A stretch of DNA of 58,218 nucleotides from Parcubacteria group bacterium (GCA_028286605.1 JAQBRE010000002.1:1-58218), one strand, 5' to 3'; counted from the first letter of the stretch, positions 35,132 through 43,353 are shown. Numbers and translations: made by a program. The notes: generated by a model not told the origin, from the sequence alone.

Positions 35132-36439
35132 TTATATGAATGACTCGGGAACCGGGTGAGCTTCTGCGAGTTCCTTTATCTTTCCTTTCGCCTTCAACGC
35201 ATTCGCTTCGTCGCGATTCTTCAGCACGTCGAGCATGATCGTCGCAACCTCTTTCGCTTCTGCTTCCTTGAAACCGCGTGTGGTCATGGCAGGAGTGCCG
35301 AAGCGGATGCCGGAAGGATCGAATGGCTTGCGCGTATCGTTCGCGATCGAATTCTTGTTGAGCGTCATTCCGGCTGTGTCGAGCAGCGTCTCCGCTTCCC
35401 CGCCGCTGATGCCGAGCGAACCGAATACGTCAGCGAGTATCAAATGGTTATCGGTGCCACCACCTATCAAGCGCACGCCGCCTTCTTGAAATACTTCTGC
35501 CATTACTTTCGCATTCGCGACGACCTGATGCGCGTATGTCTTGAACGATGGATCGAGCGCTTCCTTGAAGGCGACAGCCTTCGCCGCTATCTGGTGCATG
35601 TGCGGGCCGCCCTGAAAGCCTGGGAACACGCTGCGATCTATAAGGGTCGGAAGATTGTCGATCGTTTTCTCTGGAGCGCGAAGCGGTGTTGATACCGTTC
35701 CTTTCGAAAGGATCATCGCACCACGCGGACCACGGAGCGTCTTGTGCGTGGTGGTGGTCATTATCTGGAAGCCATGATCGAACGGGTTCTCTGCGGCACC
35801 TCCGGCAATGAGTCCTGCGATATGCGCGACGTCTGCCATCGCCACTGCACCCACTTCCTGCGCGATAGCTGAGATCTTCGCCCAATCAATGGAGCGTGAG
35901 TATCCCGAGAAGCCGCCGAGGATTATTTTCGGCCGTTCCTTGAGGGCGATCTCGCGCATCTCGTCATAATCTATTTCGCCAGTGTCCGGATCCTTCATGC
36001 CATAGCGCACGAACTTGAAGAGCTTCGCCATGTACGTTACGGGCGAGCCGTGCGTAAGATGCCCCCCATGCGCGAGATCCATGCCCAGGATCGTGTCGCC
36101 GGGTTCGAGCCATGCGAAGTATGCGGCGATGTTGGCACTAGCTCCGCCCAGCGGCTGCACGTTCGCATGATCAGCACCGAAGATTTTCTTCGCGCGCTCG
36201 ATAGCGAACAGTTCGATCTGGTCCGTGAATTCCTGACCGCCATAATAGCGCTTGCCCGGATACCCTTCCGAATACTTATTCGTGAGCGCGCTGGCCATCG
36301 CCTCGCGCACCGCTACCGATACGTAATTCTCCGAAGGGATGAGCTCGAGCCCTTCGCGCTGACGCTTCTCTTCCCCTTCGATAAGGTCGTAGAGGTCGGT
36401 ATCTTCGTTCTGCAGGTGCGGATACTCCATTGCAGCCAT
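35132..36439 (-). CDS. glyA: Serine hydroxymethyltransferase
   Basis: ...LELIPSENYVS..., TTTTHKTLRGPRG (PLP-Lys motif). 435 aa. Confidence 0.94.
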   Translation of the reverse strand: MAAMEYPHLQNEDTDLYDLIEGEEKRQREGLELIPSENYVSVAVREAMASALTNKYSEGYPGKRYYGGQEFTDQIELFAIERAKKIFGADHANVQPLGGASANIAAYFAWLEPGDTILGMDLAHGGHLTHGSPVTYMAKLFKFVRYGMKDPDTGEIDYDEMREIALKERPKIILGGFSGYSRSIDWAKISAIAQEVGAVAMADVAHIAGLIAGGAAENPFDHGFQIMTTTTHKTLRGPRGAMILSKGTVSTPLRAPEKTIDNLPTLIDRSVFPGFQGGPHMHQIAAKAVAFKEALDPSFKTYAHQVVANAKVMAEVFQEGGVRLIGGGTDNHLILADVFGSLGISGGEAETLLDTAGMTLNKNSIANDTRKPFDPSGIRFGTPAMTTRGFKEAEAKEVATIMLDVLKNRDEANALKAKGKIKELAEAHPVPESFI

Positions 36440-36517
36440 AGTACCTTCCCTCCTAGCTCACTCCAAATCTGTGAATTCACTTCAGCTATAGGTATGAGCT
36501 AGTATGGTGAAACGCGT

Positions 36518-37516
36518 ATGACTAACCCGAACGAATCTGCACCTCCGCCGCCTGTTCCTGTTAAGAAGATCGGTCCGCTGTTTGAACCCGCACGTTTCAA
36601 AGATACGAAAGATCCCTGCATCGCCTTCGACGGTACCACCTGGCACATATATGGTTCAGGCGGCGACTCCATACGTGAAGAGTGGGAAATATTGCATGCA
36701 ACTGCGCCAAGCATCGATGGCCCGTGGACGGAACAAGAACCTGCAAGATTGCGCGGCGTCGAGGGGCCGCATGTCGCGGCCCCGAGCGTCATTTATGATA
36801 CAGACGATAAGCTCTTCCACATGGCCGTGCAGAAAGATTTTATGGATGTCGGCGGCGACATCGCGTACCTCGTTTCTGCAGACGGCCACACGTTCACGAA
36901 GATGCGCACGCTCGTTACGCCTAAGGGAGAAAATGAAGCAGGATTGTATGATCCTCATTTCGCCGTCGTGAAAGGAAAAAAATACATGGTGTATTCCGGC
37001 GTACCTGCTGCGCTTCAGCAACCCGGTCAGGCATTCGTGCCGCAGCCCGACGTGTATCTTGCACGCAGCAGCACGGATCGATGGGCCGGTTTCTGGAAAC
37101 GTATGAAAGCGATCCTGCGACACGAAGACATAGCCTGGCATCACAATCGCCGCGAGCATCCTGACTACGAATGGGGTATCGAAGGACCACAGATCCTTGA
37201 GCTGCCGAACGGCCAGATACTTCTTAATGCGGCATGCTTCGTTGAAGAGGGTCCGCGCGGCGAACGTCAGCGCGTATTCTTCGCTCTCGCGAACGACATA
37301 ACGGGGCCGTATACGAGTCTCGGCCCTGTCCTCCCTACTACCGGTGCCGATCTTCCTGATTGGGAAAATGGCGAGAACGGGCATGCGAGCGCGATCGTGC
37401 ACGAAAGCTTGCTCTATCTTTTCTATCAGGCGCGCTCAAGAAATAATCCTGTACCGAATGAAAATAATTGGCGCTACGGAGTCGCGGTGTTCGATCTGAA
37501 GGATTTGAAACTATAG
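36518..37516 (+). CDS. Five-bladed beta-propeller glycoside-hydrolase-like protein (GH43-like superfamily; tentative)
   Basis: Blade-like repeats DPCIAFDGTTWHIYGSG, GPHVAAPSVIYDTDDKLFHM, YDPHFAVVKGKKYMVYSG, GIEGPQILELPNGQILL. Confidence 0.55.
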   Translation: MTNPNESAPPPPVPVKKIGPLFEPARFKDTKDPCIAFDGTTWHIYGSGGDSIREEWEILHATAPSIDGPWTEQEPARLRGVEGPHVAAPSVIYDTDDKLFHMAVQKDFMDVGGDIAYLVSADGHTFTKMRTLVTPKGENEAGLYDPHFAVVKGKKYMVYSGVPAALQQPGQAFVPQPDVYLARSSTDRWAGFWKRMKAILRHEDIAWHHNRREHPDYEWGIEGPQILELPNGQILLNAACFVEEGPRGERQRVFFALANDITGPYTSLGPVLPTTGADLPDWENGENGHASAIVHESLLYLFYQARSRNNPVPNENNWRYGVAVFDLKDLKL

Positions 37517-38197
37517 AAGCGTTGCTACGTGCGCAGTGATTTCTGCGCTGATGTCATTGATGGAGCGCATCGCTCCATCTTTCTCGCACATGATGACGTG
37601 CCAGTTCGATTCATGCGATGAAAGCCAGTTCGCGGTTTCATGACTACGTTCAAGATACTGACGATCTTCTTCCACCGTATCCTTGCCGCTTTCGCCGATA
37701 TGCTGATTTTTCGTCGCGCGCTTTTCAGAAAGAAGCGTGAGGCTTCGCTCAACCGGCACGCGTAAATAAATGATCGCGTCAGGGCGTGGAATACCGAGCA
37801 CATCGAACTCCATCTTGTCGAGCCACGCTAGGAATTCTGTACGAGAGGAACTATCTTCGATCTTTCCGCCTTGATGGATCTGATTCGAGCTCGCGTACCT
37901 ATCCGCGATAACCACCTTCCCTTCCGCCAGTGCCGTGCGTACGCGCGGCGCGCTTTCTAGCCTGTCGAGCGCATAGAGCGTCGAAGCTACCTTCGGATCC
38001 ATGTGCAGAAAGTCTCCATGCTTCCCTGCCAGGCATTCGCCGACGAAGCCGCCGAAGAAATTCTGCTCGTATGCCGGAAAGTCCACCACCGTATAGGCCA
38101 CCCCTTTGCTGCCTAAATACTGTGCCAAACGTTGAGTCTGGGTGGCTTTACCCGAGCCATCATTGCCGTCGAGCACTATGAACAGGCCTTTTTCCAT
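37511..38197 (-). CDS. tmk: Thymidylate kinase
   Basis: MEKGLFIVLDGNDGSGKATQTQRLAQYL (P-loop), DRY motif region (IADRYASSN). Confidence 0.9.
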   Translation of the reverse strand: MEKGLFIVLDGNDGSGKATQTQRLAQYLGSKGVAYTVVDFPAYEQNFFGGFVGECLAGKHGDFLHMDPKVASTLYALDRLESAPRVRTALAEGKVVIADRYASSNQIHQGGKIEDSSSRTEFLAWLDKMEFDVLGIPRPDAIIYLRVPVERSLTLLSEKRATKNQHIGESGKDTVEEDRQYLERSHETANWLSSHESNWHVIMCEKDGAMRSINDISAEITAHVATLL

Positions 38198-38217
38198 ACC
38201 CTTAGTATACTGGGTAC

Positions 38218-39048
38218 ATGGAACAGGCCTACCTCGACGCCCTTAAGAACATCCGTGAGAACGGTATCGACCGTGAAGGTCGCAATGGAAATACGCGCGC
38301 ACTATTCGCCATTCAGATTCGATCGAACTTAGAGGACGGCTTCCCTGCGCTCACCACGAAGAAACTCGCATTCAAAGCAGTGAAGAGTGAACTGCTCTGG
38401 TTTCTTGAAGGATCGAACGATGATAATCGCTTGAAAGAATTGAACGGTTCAGAAAAAACTATCTGGACTGCGAATGCCGAAGCAGATTATTGGACGCCGA
38501 AAGCGAAATTCGCAGGCGACCTCGGCCGCGTGTACGGCGTGCAGTGGCGCAAGTGGCAGTCACCGGATGGCAGTGTCGTTGATCAGATCGCGCGCGTCAT
38601 CGACAAAATCAAGAATGATCAGAATGATCGCCGATTGATCGTGTCTGCATGGAATCCGGGAGAACTCGATCAGATGGCGCTTCCGCCGTGCCACATGATG
38701 TTTCAGTTCTTCGTTGCAGGCGATACCCTTTCGCTTCATATGATTCAACGCTCATGCGATATGTTCCTCGGCGTACCGTTCAACATCGCTTCGTACGGAC
38801 TTCTTCTTTCGATGGTCGCGCAGGTTACCGGAAAGAAGCCGGGCGAACTCGTCCTTACGCTGAACGATGCGCATATTTACGAAAATCATTTCGATGCTGT
38901 AGACGAACAGCTCACGCGCGACCCGTTACCCTTCCCTAAGCTCTGGCTCAATCCTGAGATTACGGATATCGATTCGTTCACGATGGATGATATCAAGCTG
39001 GAAGGCTACGAATCGCATGCTGCAATCAAGGCAGCAATGGCGGTATAA
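38218..39048 (+). CDS. thyA: Thymidylate synthase (ThyA)
   Basis: MEQAYLDALKNIRENG..R.GNTRALF, LPPCHMMFQFFV (catalytic Cys), DAHIYENH. Confidence 0.94.
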   Translation: MEQAYLDALKNIRENGIDREGRNGNTRALFAIQIRSNLEDGFPALTTKKLAFKAVKSELLWFLEGSNDDNRLKELNGSEKTIWTANAEADYWTPKAKFAGDLGRVYGVQWRKWQSPDGSVVDQIARVIDKIKNDQNDRRLIVSAWNPGELDQMALPPCHMMFQFFVAGDTLSLHMIQRSCDMFLGVPFNIASYGLLLSMVAQVTGKKPGELVLTLNDAHIYENHFDAVDEQLTRDPLPFPKLWLNPEITDIDSFTMDDIKLEGYESHAAIKAAMAV

Positions 39049-39063
39049 TTTCCCTACAAACCC

Positions 39064-39768
39064 ATGGCACTTTCCGATCGGCGCATCCTCGAAGAAATGA
39101 AGAACGGAGATATCGTTATCTCCCCTTTTGAACGCGACCAGCTCGCGACTTCTAGCTATGACGTAACGCTCGGTGAATGGTTCTTCCGCGAACAGCCGCC
39201 GCAATATAACCATGCGCTCTATAACATCTGGAGCAAGAATCACATGGAGCATGTGTGGGGCGCAGGAAAAGTGGAACGCGCGGTGGTAGCGAAGGAAGCA
39301 TTCAAGAAATATAACTTCGAGTGGGATGGTATCCATCCTTCAGACAAAGTCATAATCCTTCGCCCCGGCGAAACCATCCTCGCACACACGAACGAATACA
39401 TCGGTGGGAAGGAACACATCACGACGATGATGAAGGCGCGTTCCAGCATGGGGCGTAACTTTATCGAAGTGTGTAAATGCGCAGGCTGGGGTGATGTCGG
39501 CTACGTGAATCGCTGGACGATGGAAATAACGAACAACTCGAAGAACTACATCATTCCGCTCGTCGTCGGTCGTCGTATCGCACAGATCATCTTCTTCGAG
39601 ACAGGCCCGGTGCTCGCGACTGATTACACGAAGACTGGCAAGTATGCGAGCTCCACGAACCTCGCCGAGCTTAAGAAGAAATGGAAGCCGGAAGACATGC
39701 TTCCGAAACTATGGGTAGATCGTGATATCAATAAGAAACAACCATGGCACACGAAGAAAAAGAAATAA
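39064..39768 (+). CDS. dcd: dCTP deaminase family protein (long form)
   Basis: MALSDRRILEEMKNGDIVISPF..., ...GWGDVGY.... 234 aa. Confidence 0.8.
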   Translation: MALSDRRILEEMKNGDIVISPFERDQLATSSYDVTLGEWFFREQPPQYNHALYNIWSKNHMEHVWGAGKVERAVVAKEAFKKYNFEWDGIHPSDKVIILRPGETILAHTNEYIGGKEHITTMMKARSSMGRNFIEVCKCAGWGDVGYVNRWTMEITNNSKNYIIPLVVGRRIAQIIFFETGPVLATDYTKTGKYASSTNLAELKKKWKPEDMLPKLWVDRDINKKQPWHTKKKK

Positions 39769-40199
39769 GCCAGCCGTTCTTCATTACCTACACCGCGCTC
39801 GACGGCGAGGCGAACTACGCGGATTTCATTACCGTTCCTGAAGACCACTACGCTATCGCGCCGCGCGCAGACATTGACCCGTGGCAGGAAGCTGAAAAAG
39901 CGAAGCATGCTGCCAAAGGCAGCTTTGCCTGCGTGCTTATGCCCTGTTCGAAAGTGGACGCAGCAGGCACGCGCAACGGGCGCGGCGGGGGCTGGTACGA
40001 CCAGTTCCTTTCTGTGGTGCCCCAAGAGTGGATGCGCGTTTGTTTCTGCTTCGCAGACCAATTCACCAGCGAGACGCTCAAGCGTGAGGCATGGGACCAG
40101 CCTGTAGATCGCATCGGCGTCGTAGACCGTTCCACCAACAAGGTTACGTGGCACGAAACGCACGCACGCGGCAGTAATTTCGATTTCATCGGACTATGA
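39744..40199 (+). CDS. 5-formyltetrahydrofolate cyclo-ligase family protein (short)
   Basis: GTRNGRGGGWYDQFL matches the G.R.G.GGGYYD signature. Only 151 aa, so the usual N-terminal part is absent. Overlaps the dcd end and the folA start. Confidence 0.6.
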   Translation: MAHEEKEISQPFFITYTALDGEANYADFITVPEDHYAIAPRADIDPWQEAEKAKHAAKGSFACVLMPCSKVDAAGTRNGRGGGWYDQFLSVVPQEWMRVCFCFADQFTSETLKREAWDQPVDRIGVVDRSTNKVTWHETHARGSNFDFIGL

Positions 40200-40690
40200 G
40201 CACGGTCAGTATGGTGGTTGCGCTTGGGAAAGATAACGTTATCGGAAAAGATAACGGCCTGCTCTGGCATCTTTCGGATGATCTTAAGCATTTCAAAGCC
40301 GTAACGATCGGACATCCGGTTATCATGGGCCGCAATACGTGGGAGTCGATTCCCGAGAAGTTCAGGCCGTTACCAGGAAGAACGAACATCGTGGTCTCGC
40401 GCAGCGAGACCTATGACGCGCTCGGCGCCGTGCATGCGCGTTCGCTCGATGACGCACTCGAGCAGGCAAAGCTCGCCGAAGGTGCTGAAGAGATTTTCAT
40501 AATAGGCGGCGGCCAGCTCTACGCTGCTGCCCTTCCCCAGACGGACCGTATCTATCTCACGCTCGTTCATGACGATGCGAAAGGCACCGTCTTCTTTCCA
40601 GACTATTCAGACTTCACTGAAGTTATCAGCGAGGAGGCGCACGAAGAGAACGGTATCAAATACATCTGGCGCACGATTACGCGTCCTTAG
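40196..40690 (+). CDS. folA: Dihydrofolate reductase
   Basis: VSMVVALGKDNVIGKDNGLLWHLSDDLKHFKAVTIGHPVIMGRNTWESIP...IIGGGQLY. Confidence 0.92.
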   Translation: MSTVSMVVALGKDNVIGKDNGLLWHLSDDLKHFKAVTIGHPVIMGRNTWESIPEKFRPLPGRTNIVVSRSETYDALGAVHARSLDDALEQAKLAEGAEEIFIIGGGQLYAAALPQTDRIYLTLVHDDAKGTVFFPDYSDFTEVISEEAHEENGIKYIWRTITRP

Positions 40691-41670
40691 TTTGAAATAA
40701 GTTTTTCTCTCAACTTCGTAGTATTCCCGTGACTCAATAAGCCCAAGTAAGAATTGAGAACTTCAGGTCTTTTATCTTCTTGAAGAGTACGGATCATTCG
40801 TTTCCTAGTGGTTGGACGCAACACACGATGCTCTGGGAAATGAACCCAGCCAAGAAAATCGATTCCTGAAGCTATTGTGCTTATAGAGACTTTTCGTGGA
40901 TGCATTTCTAGCTTAAGCCGATCTTTGAGAAAAGCGCAGATTAGAGGTAGAAATTCGACGAGAACATCTCGATTGTAGGACATAAATGCGAAATCATCAG
41001 CGTAACGGATATAATATTTCGCTTTTAATTTGTGCTTTACGAATTGATCAAATTCATTCATGTATACGTTCACGAGAAGCTGCGAGGTTAGATTGCCTAG
41101 CGGTAACCCTGTTTTATCTTTGCTATTTGAAAAACTATCAACGATCTTTGAAATGAGGCCAAGTATCTTAGTGTCTGGTATATATTCTCTGACAATTGCA
41201 GTAAGGATCTCCTGATCAATAGAAGCAAAGAATTTGCGGATATCGCACTTCAAAACCCATACGGTTCTCGTGTGGTTCTTTGAAGCCTTACGCGCAAACC
41301 GTTCAAATTGCTCAAGCGCTTTATGTGTCCCCTTTTCCTTCCTGCACGAATAAGAATCAGTAATGAAGGTCCTGTCAAAAAATGGATAGAGCTTTCTGTA
41401 TAACGCATGGTGCACAAGCCGGTCACGCACGTTCGCTTTGTGTATGTTGCGGGGCTTTGGATCTGAGATATTGAAGGCGTAATAACCTCCATGTCTGTAG
41501 CTATTGTTCTCTAGATCGGTATGCAAGTCAGTAAGATGATCCGATAAACGGTACTGGAATTCCTGTGTATCTGTTTTGTTACGTTTCCCTTTCAAAAATT
41601 CGCGCCATGCGCCGAGCAGGTTTTCAGGCGAGATGATATCGTCATATGTATGATTGAACTGAATTCTCAT
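40687..41670 (-). CDS. DGR-type reverse transcriptase
   Basis: 327 aa. GLPLGNLTSQLLVNVYMNEFDQF (the LGxxxSQ signature typical of DGR RTs) and YIRYADDF. Its stop overlaps the folA stop by 4 nt (convergent). Confidence 0.9.
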   Translation of the reverse strand: MRIQFNHTYDDIISPENLLGAWREFLKGKRNKTDTQEFQYRLSDHLTDLHTDLENNSYRHGGYYAFNISDPKPRNIHKANVRDRLVHHALYRKLYPFFDRTFITDSYSCRKEKGTHKALEQFERFARKASKNHTRTVWVLKCDIRKFFASIDQEILTAIVREYIPDTKILGLISKIVDSFSNSKDKTGLPLGNLTSQLLVNVYMNEFDQFVKHKLKAKYYIRYADDFAFMSYNRDVLVEFLPLICAFLKDRLKLEMHPRKVSISTIASGIDFLGWVHFPEHRVLRPTTRKRMIRTLQEDKRPEVLNSYLGLLSHGNTTKLREKLISN

Positions 41671-42045
41671 ACTCTAAAAGCTACCCCCCCCCCGAGGCTC
41701 ATTCCATTAGTTTTAAAGTTGAAGGACACGTACGGCATATGGCAACAGTATGTAGTTCATTTTCCCAAAGCCAACCGCTTTACGCTAGGAGCGAAAATTG
41801 ACGACATCTTCCTCAGCTCGATCGAATACGGTTTCTTGGCCAGCTATAGTGCAGGTACAGAAAAACTCCATCTCATTAACCGCTGTATAGCCCGAATCGA
41901 TCTGCTTAAGCTTCTGCTCCAACTTAGTTGGGAAATCCATGCACTGGATGATAACAAGTATGGCCACCTCTCTAGAAACTTAGCCGAGATCGGAAAGATG
42001 CTTGGCGGCTGGCGCAGACAAACGGTACAAAAAACTCCCGAGTAA
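41650..42045 (+). CDS. avd: Four-helix-bundle protein (Avd / 23S-rRNA-IVS protein family), DGR accessory variability determinant
   Basis: 131 aa. ...FPKANRFTLGAKIDDIFLSSIEYGFLAS...LLKLLLQLSWEIHALDDNKYGHLSRNLAEIGKMLGGW. On the opposite strand to RT and TR. Its start overlaps the RT start by 21 nt. Confidence 0.8.
   Translation: MIELNSHTLKATPPPRLIPLVLKLKDTYGIWQQYVVHFPKANRFTLGAKIDDIFLSSIEYGFLASYSAGTEKLHLINRCIARIDLLKLLLQLSWEIHALDDNKYGHLSRNLAEIGKMLGGWRRQTVQKTPE
41684..41693. repeat. Homopolymer C10 (G10 on the minus strand) in avd codons 12-15 and in the RT 5' UTR
   Basis: gctaCCCCCCCCCCgagg encodes T-P-P-P. On the minus strand the G-run ends 13 nt before the RT ATG. Confidence 0.9.
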
Positions 42046-42054
42046 TCTCGGGAG
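42029..42054 (-). terminator. Hairpin + U6 about 15 nt downstream of the TR (minus strand); the avd stop codon lies in its loop
   Basis: CTCCCGAG-TAAT-CTCGGGAG (42035-42054). A6 at 42029-42034 is U6 on the minus strand. Confidence 0.7.
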
Positions 42055-42069
42055 AAATCTTGAACGTGG

Positions 42070-42200
42070 CGCACCGCGAGGAAACGGTAGAGCCCGTCCC
42101 ACTCATCCTCGAACCAATTGAGGTTGAGGTTCCGCTTCGACCTGTTCTTCCAGAGTTCAGGCACGTTGCGGTTGCCGTTCACCTGCGCGACGGAGCCTTG
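42070..42200 (-). repeat. DGR template repeat (TR)
   Basis: Gap-free alignment to 42538-42668. All mismatches fall at TR adenines (minus-strand sense). Encodes QGSVAQVNGNRNVPELWKNRSKRNLNLNWFEDEWDGLYRFLAVR (6 AAC + 1 AAT codons). Confidence 0.9.
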
Positions 42201-42443
42201 TGTGAGGAGCCATCTGTTCCACCATCCATCGAGTACTCTCCGGATTGAATCTCATGCGCGGCCTTGTATGTCGCCAGTTCTCCACACCAACGGTCTCTGA
42301 TTTTTTGAGACGAACAACGTATCACCCTTCAGAAAATCGTGACCTTCTGAATCCTCAATACGAAGCTTGCGGACAAATTACCCAAAGCCGTAACCTTAGA
42401 TTTTTCACTTGTCCTGAATAGTATACCGAATTATAAAAATGAA

Positions 42444-42475
42444 GCGGCGCGTTGCTTAGGAAAGCAACGCGCCGC
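42444..42475 (-). promoter_or_regulatory. 14-bp GC-rich hairpin with 4-nt loop, ~45 nt downstream of the VR / target stop codon
   Basis: GCGGCGCGTTGCTT-AGGA-AAGCAACGCGCCGC, followed on the minus strand by TTCATTTTTAT. May be a terminator and/or a DGR target-recognition hairpin. Confidence 0.7.
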
Positions 42476-42518
42476 AAGGGTCCAAGTTTCCAAGGGCCCA
42501 AGTTCAGGGGAATGAGGC

Positions 42519-43169
42519 TTAAGCGGCCGAGACCTGACGCACCGCGAGGAAACGGCAGAGCCCGCCCCACTCACCCTCGAACCAATAGAGGCGGAGGTCC
42601 CGCTCCGACCCGTACTCCCAGAGCCCAGGCACGTTGCGGTAGCCGCCCACCCGCGCGACGGAGCCGAGGCCGATGACCGGATACTTGCGCTGCTCTTCCG
42701 GGAACGCGATCCCGAAAGAGAGCAGGTGCTCGGTCTTGGCCGGCGCCCACGGATTCGTGGAATCGGCCGCTTCGATCGCCTTGATCGCGTCCTTGGACTC
42801 GATCATGCGGTCGAAGTGGAAGAGGCAGACCTCGAACTCGACGATGCCGTCACCCTTGATGGGGAAACGTTTCGCCGTGAGGTCGTCGTTCTTCCAGTCG
42901 TAGTTGCCGGCGGCGATCATCTGCTCCAGCGTCTGGCCGTAGTCGACCGTGAGGCGGAAGGATTCCGGCATCACGGCGGTGAGCTTCAGCATCGCGCGAA
43001 ACGTTTTCAGTTCCGGCAACGTGCCGGCCTTGGCGGCCTGCGCGAGCGCGGCGAGATAGCCGTCGTGCAGCTTGGCGTAGTCGGCGGCGGTGAGGCCCTG
43101 CTGTTCCAGAATGGTCAGCGAGTGCTTGGCCTGTCCGGCCGTGGCGACACTGGCAGAGTGGTTGCTCAT
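42519..43169 (-). CDS. DGR target (variable) protein, 216 aa, no signal peptide
   Basis: SD AGGAG 6 nt before the ATG at 43169. C-terminal 44 aa are the VR (LGSVARVGGYRNVPGLWEYGSERDLRLYWFEGEWGGLCRFLAVR), then QVSAA and stop. The gene is visibly GC-rich. Confidence 0.85.
   Translation of the reverse strand: MSNHSASVATAGQAKHSLTILEQQGLTAADYAKLHDGYLAALAQAAKAGTLPELKTFRAMLKLTAVMPESFRLTVDYGQTLEQMIAAGNYDWKNDDLTAKRFPIKGDGIVEFEVCLFHFDRMIESKDAIKAIEAADSTNPWAPAKTEHLLSFGIAFPEEQRKYPVIGLGSVARVGGYRNVPGLWEYGSERDLRLYWFEGEWGGLCRFLAVRQVSAA
42538..42668 (-). repeat. DGR variable repeat (VR)
   Basis: Homologous to the TR. The 3' A-free block CGTTTCCTCGCGGTGCG is identical in both. Confidence 0.9.
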
Positions 43170-43227
43170 AGGAAGCTCCTATAATGCGAGCTACTCCTTG
43201 CGGGTAGCTACTAGAGGACGACGGGAT

Positions 43228-43281
43228 GTCGCCATAGCCTAGAAACGCCTACGAAAGTAAGCGGCTTTAGGCTATGGCGAC
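43228..43281 (-). other. 14-bp hairpin in the target-gene 5' leader
   Basis: GTCGCCATAGCCTA...(26 nt)...TAGGCTATGGCGAC. A second small hairpin lies at 43190-43208. Confidence 0.6.
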
Positions 43282-43322
43282 TTTACGTAAGCCTTATTTT
43301 TAAAGGGCAAAATGCTGATATT

Positions 43323-43351
43323 AATATACACTATATACTTAATATTGTCAA
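43323..43351 (-). promoter_or_regulatory. Candidate sigma70-type promoter of the DGR target gene (TTGACA-17-TATATT)
   Basis: Minus strand: TTGACA at 43351-43346, a 17-nt spacer, TATATT at 43328-43323. Confidence 0.55.
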
Positions 43352-43353
43352 TA

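Larger units (their letters stand above)
40687..43351 (-). mobile_element. Diversity-generating retroelement cassette (RT, Avd, TR, target gene with VR, and the target-gene promoter)
   Basis: See the component features. It fills the space between the folA stop (40690) and the CofE-like gene stop (43354). Confidence 0.9.

Noticed and set aside
41844-42182. 112-aa minus-strand ORF (MNGNRNVPELWKNRSKRNLNLNWFEDEW...).
   Set aside because: It is simply the DGR template repeat read in the target frame and running on antisense into avd. It has a GTG pseudo-start and no RBS. It is not a gene.
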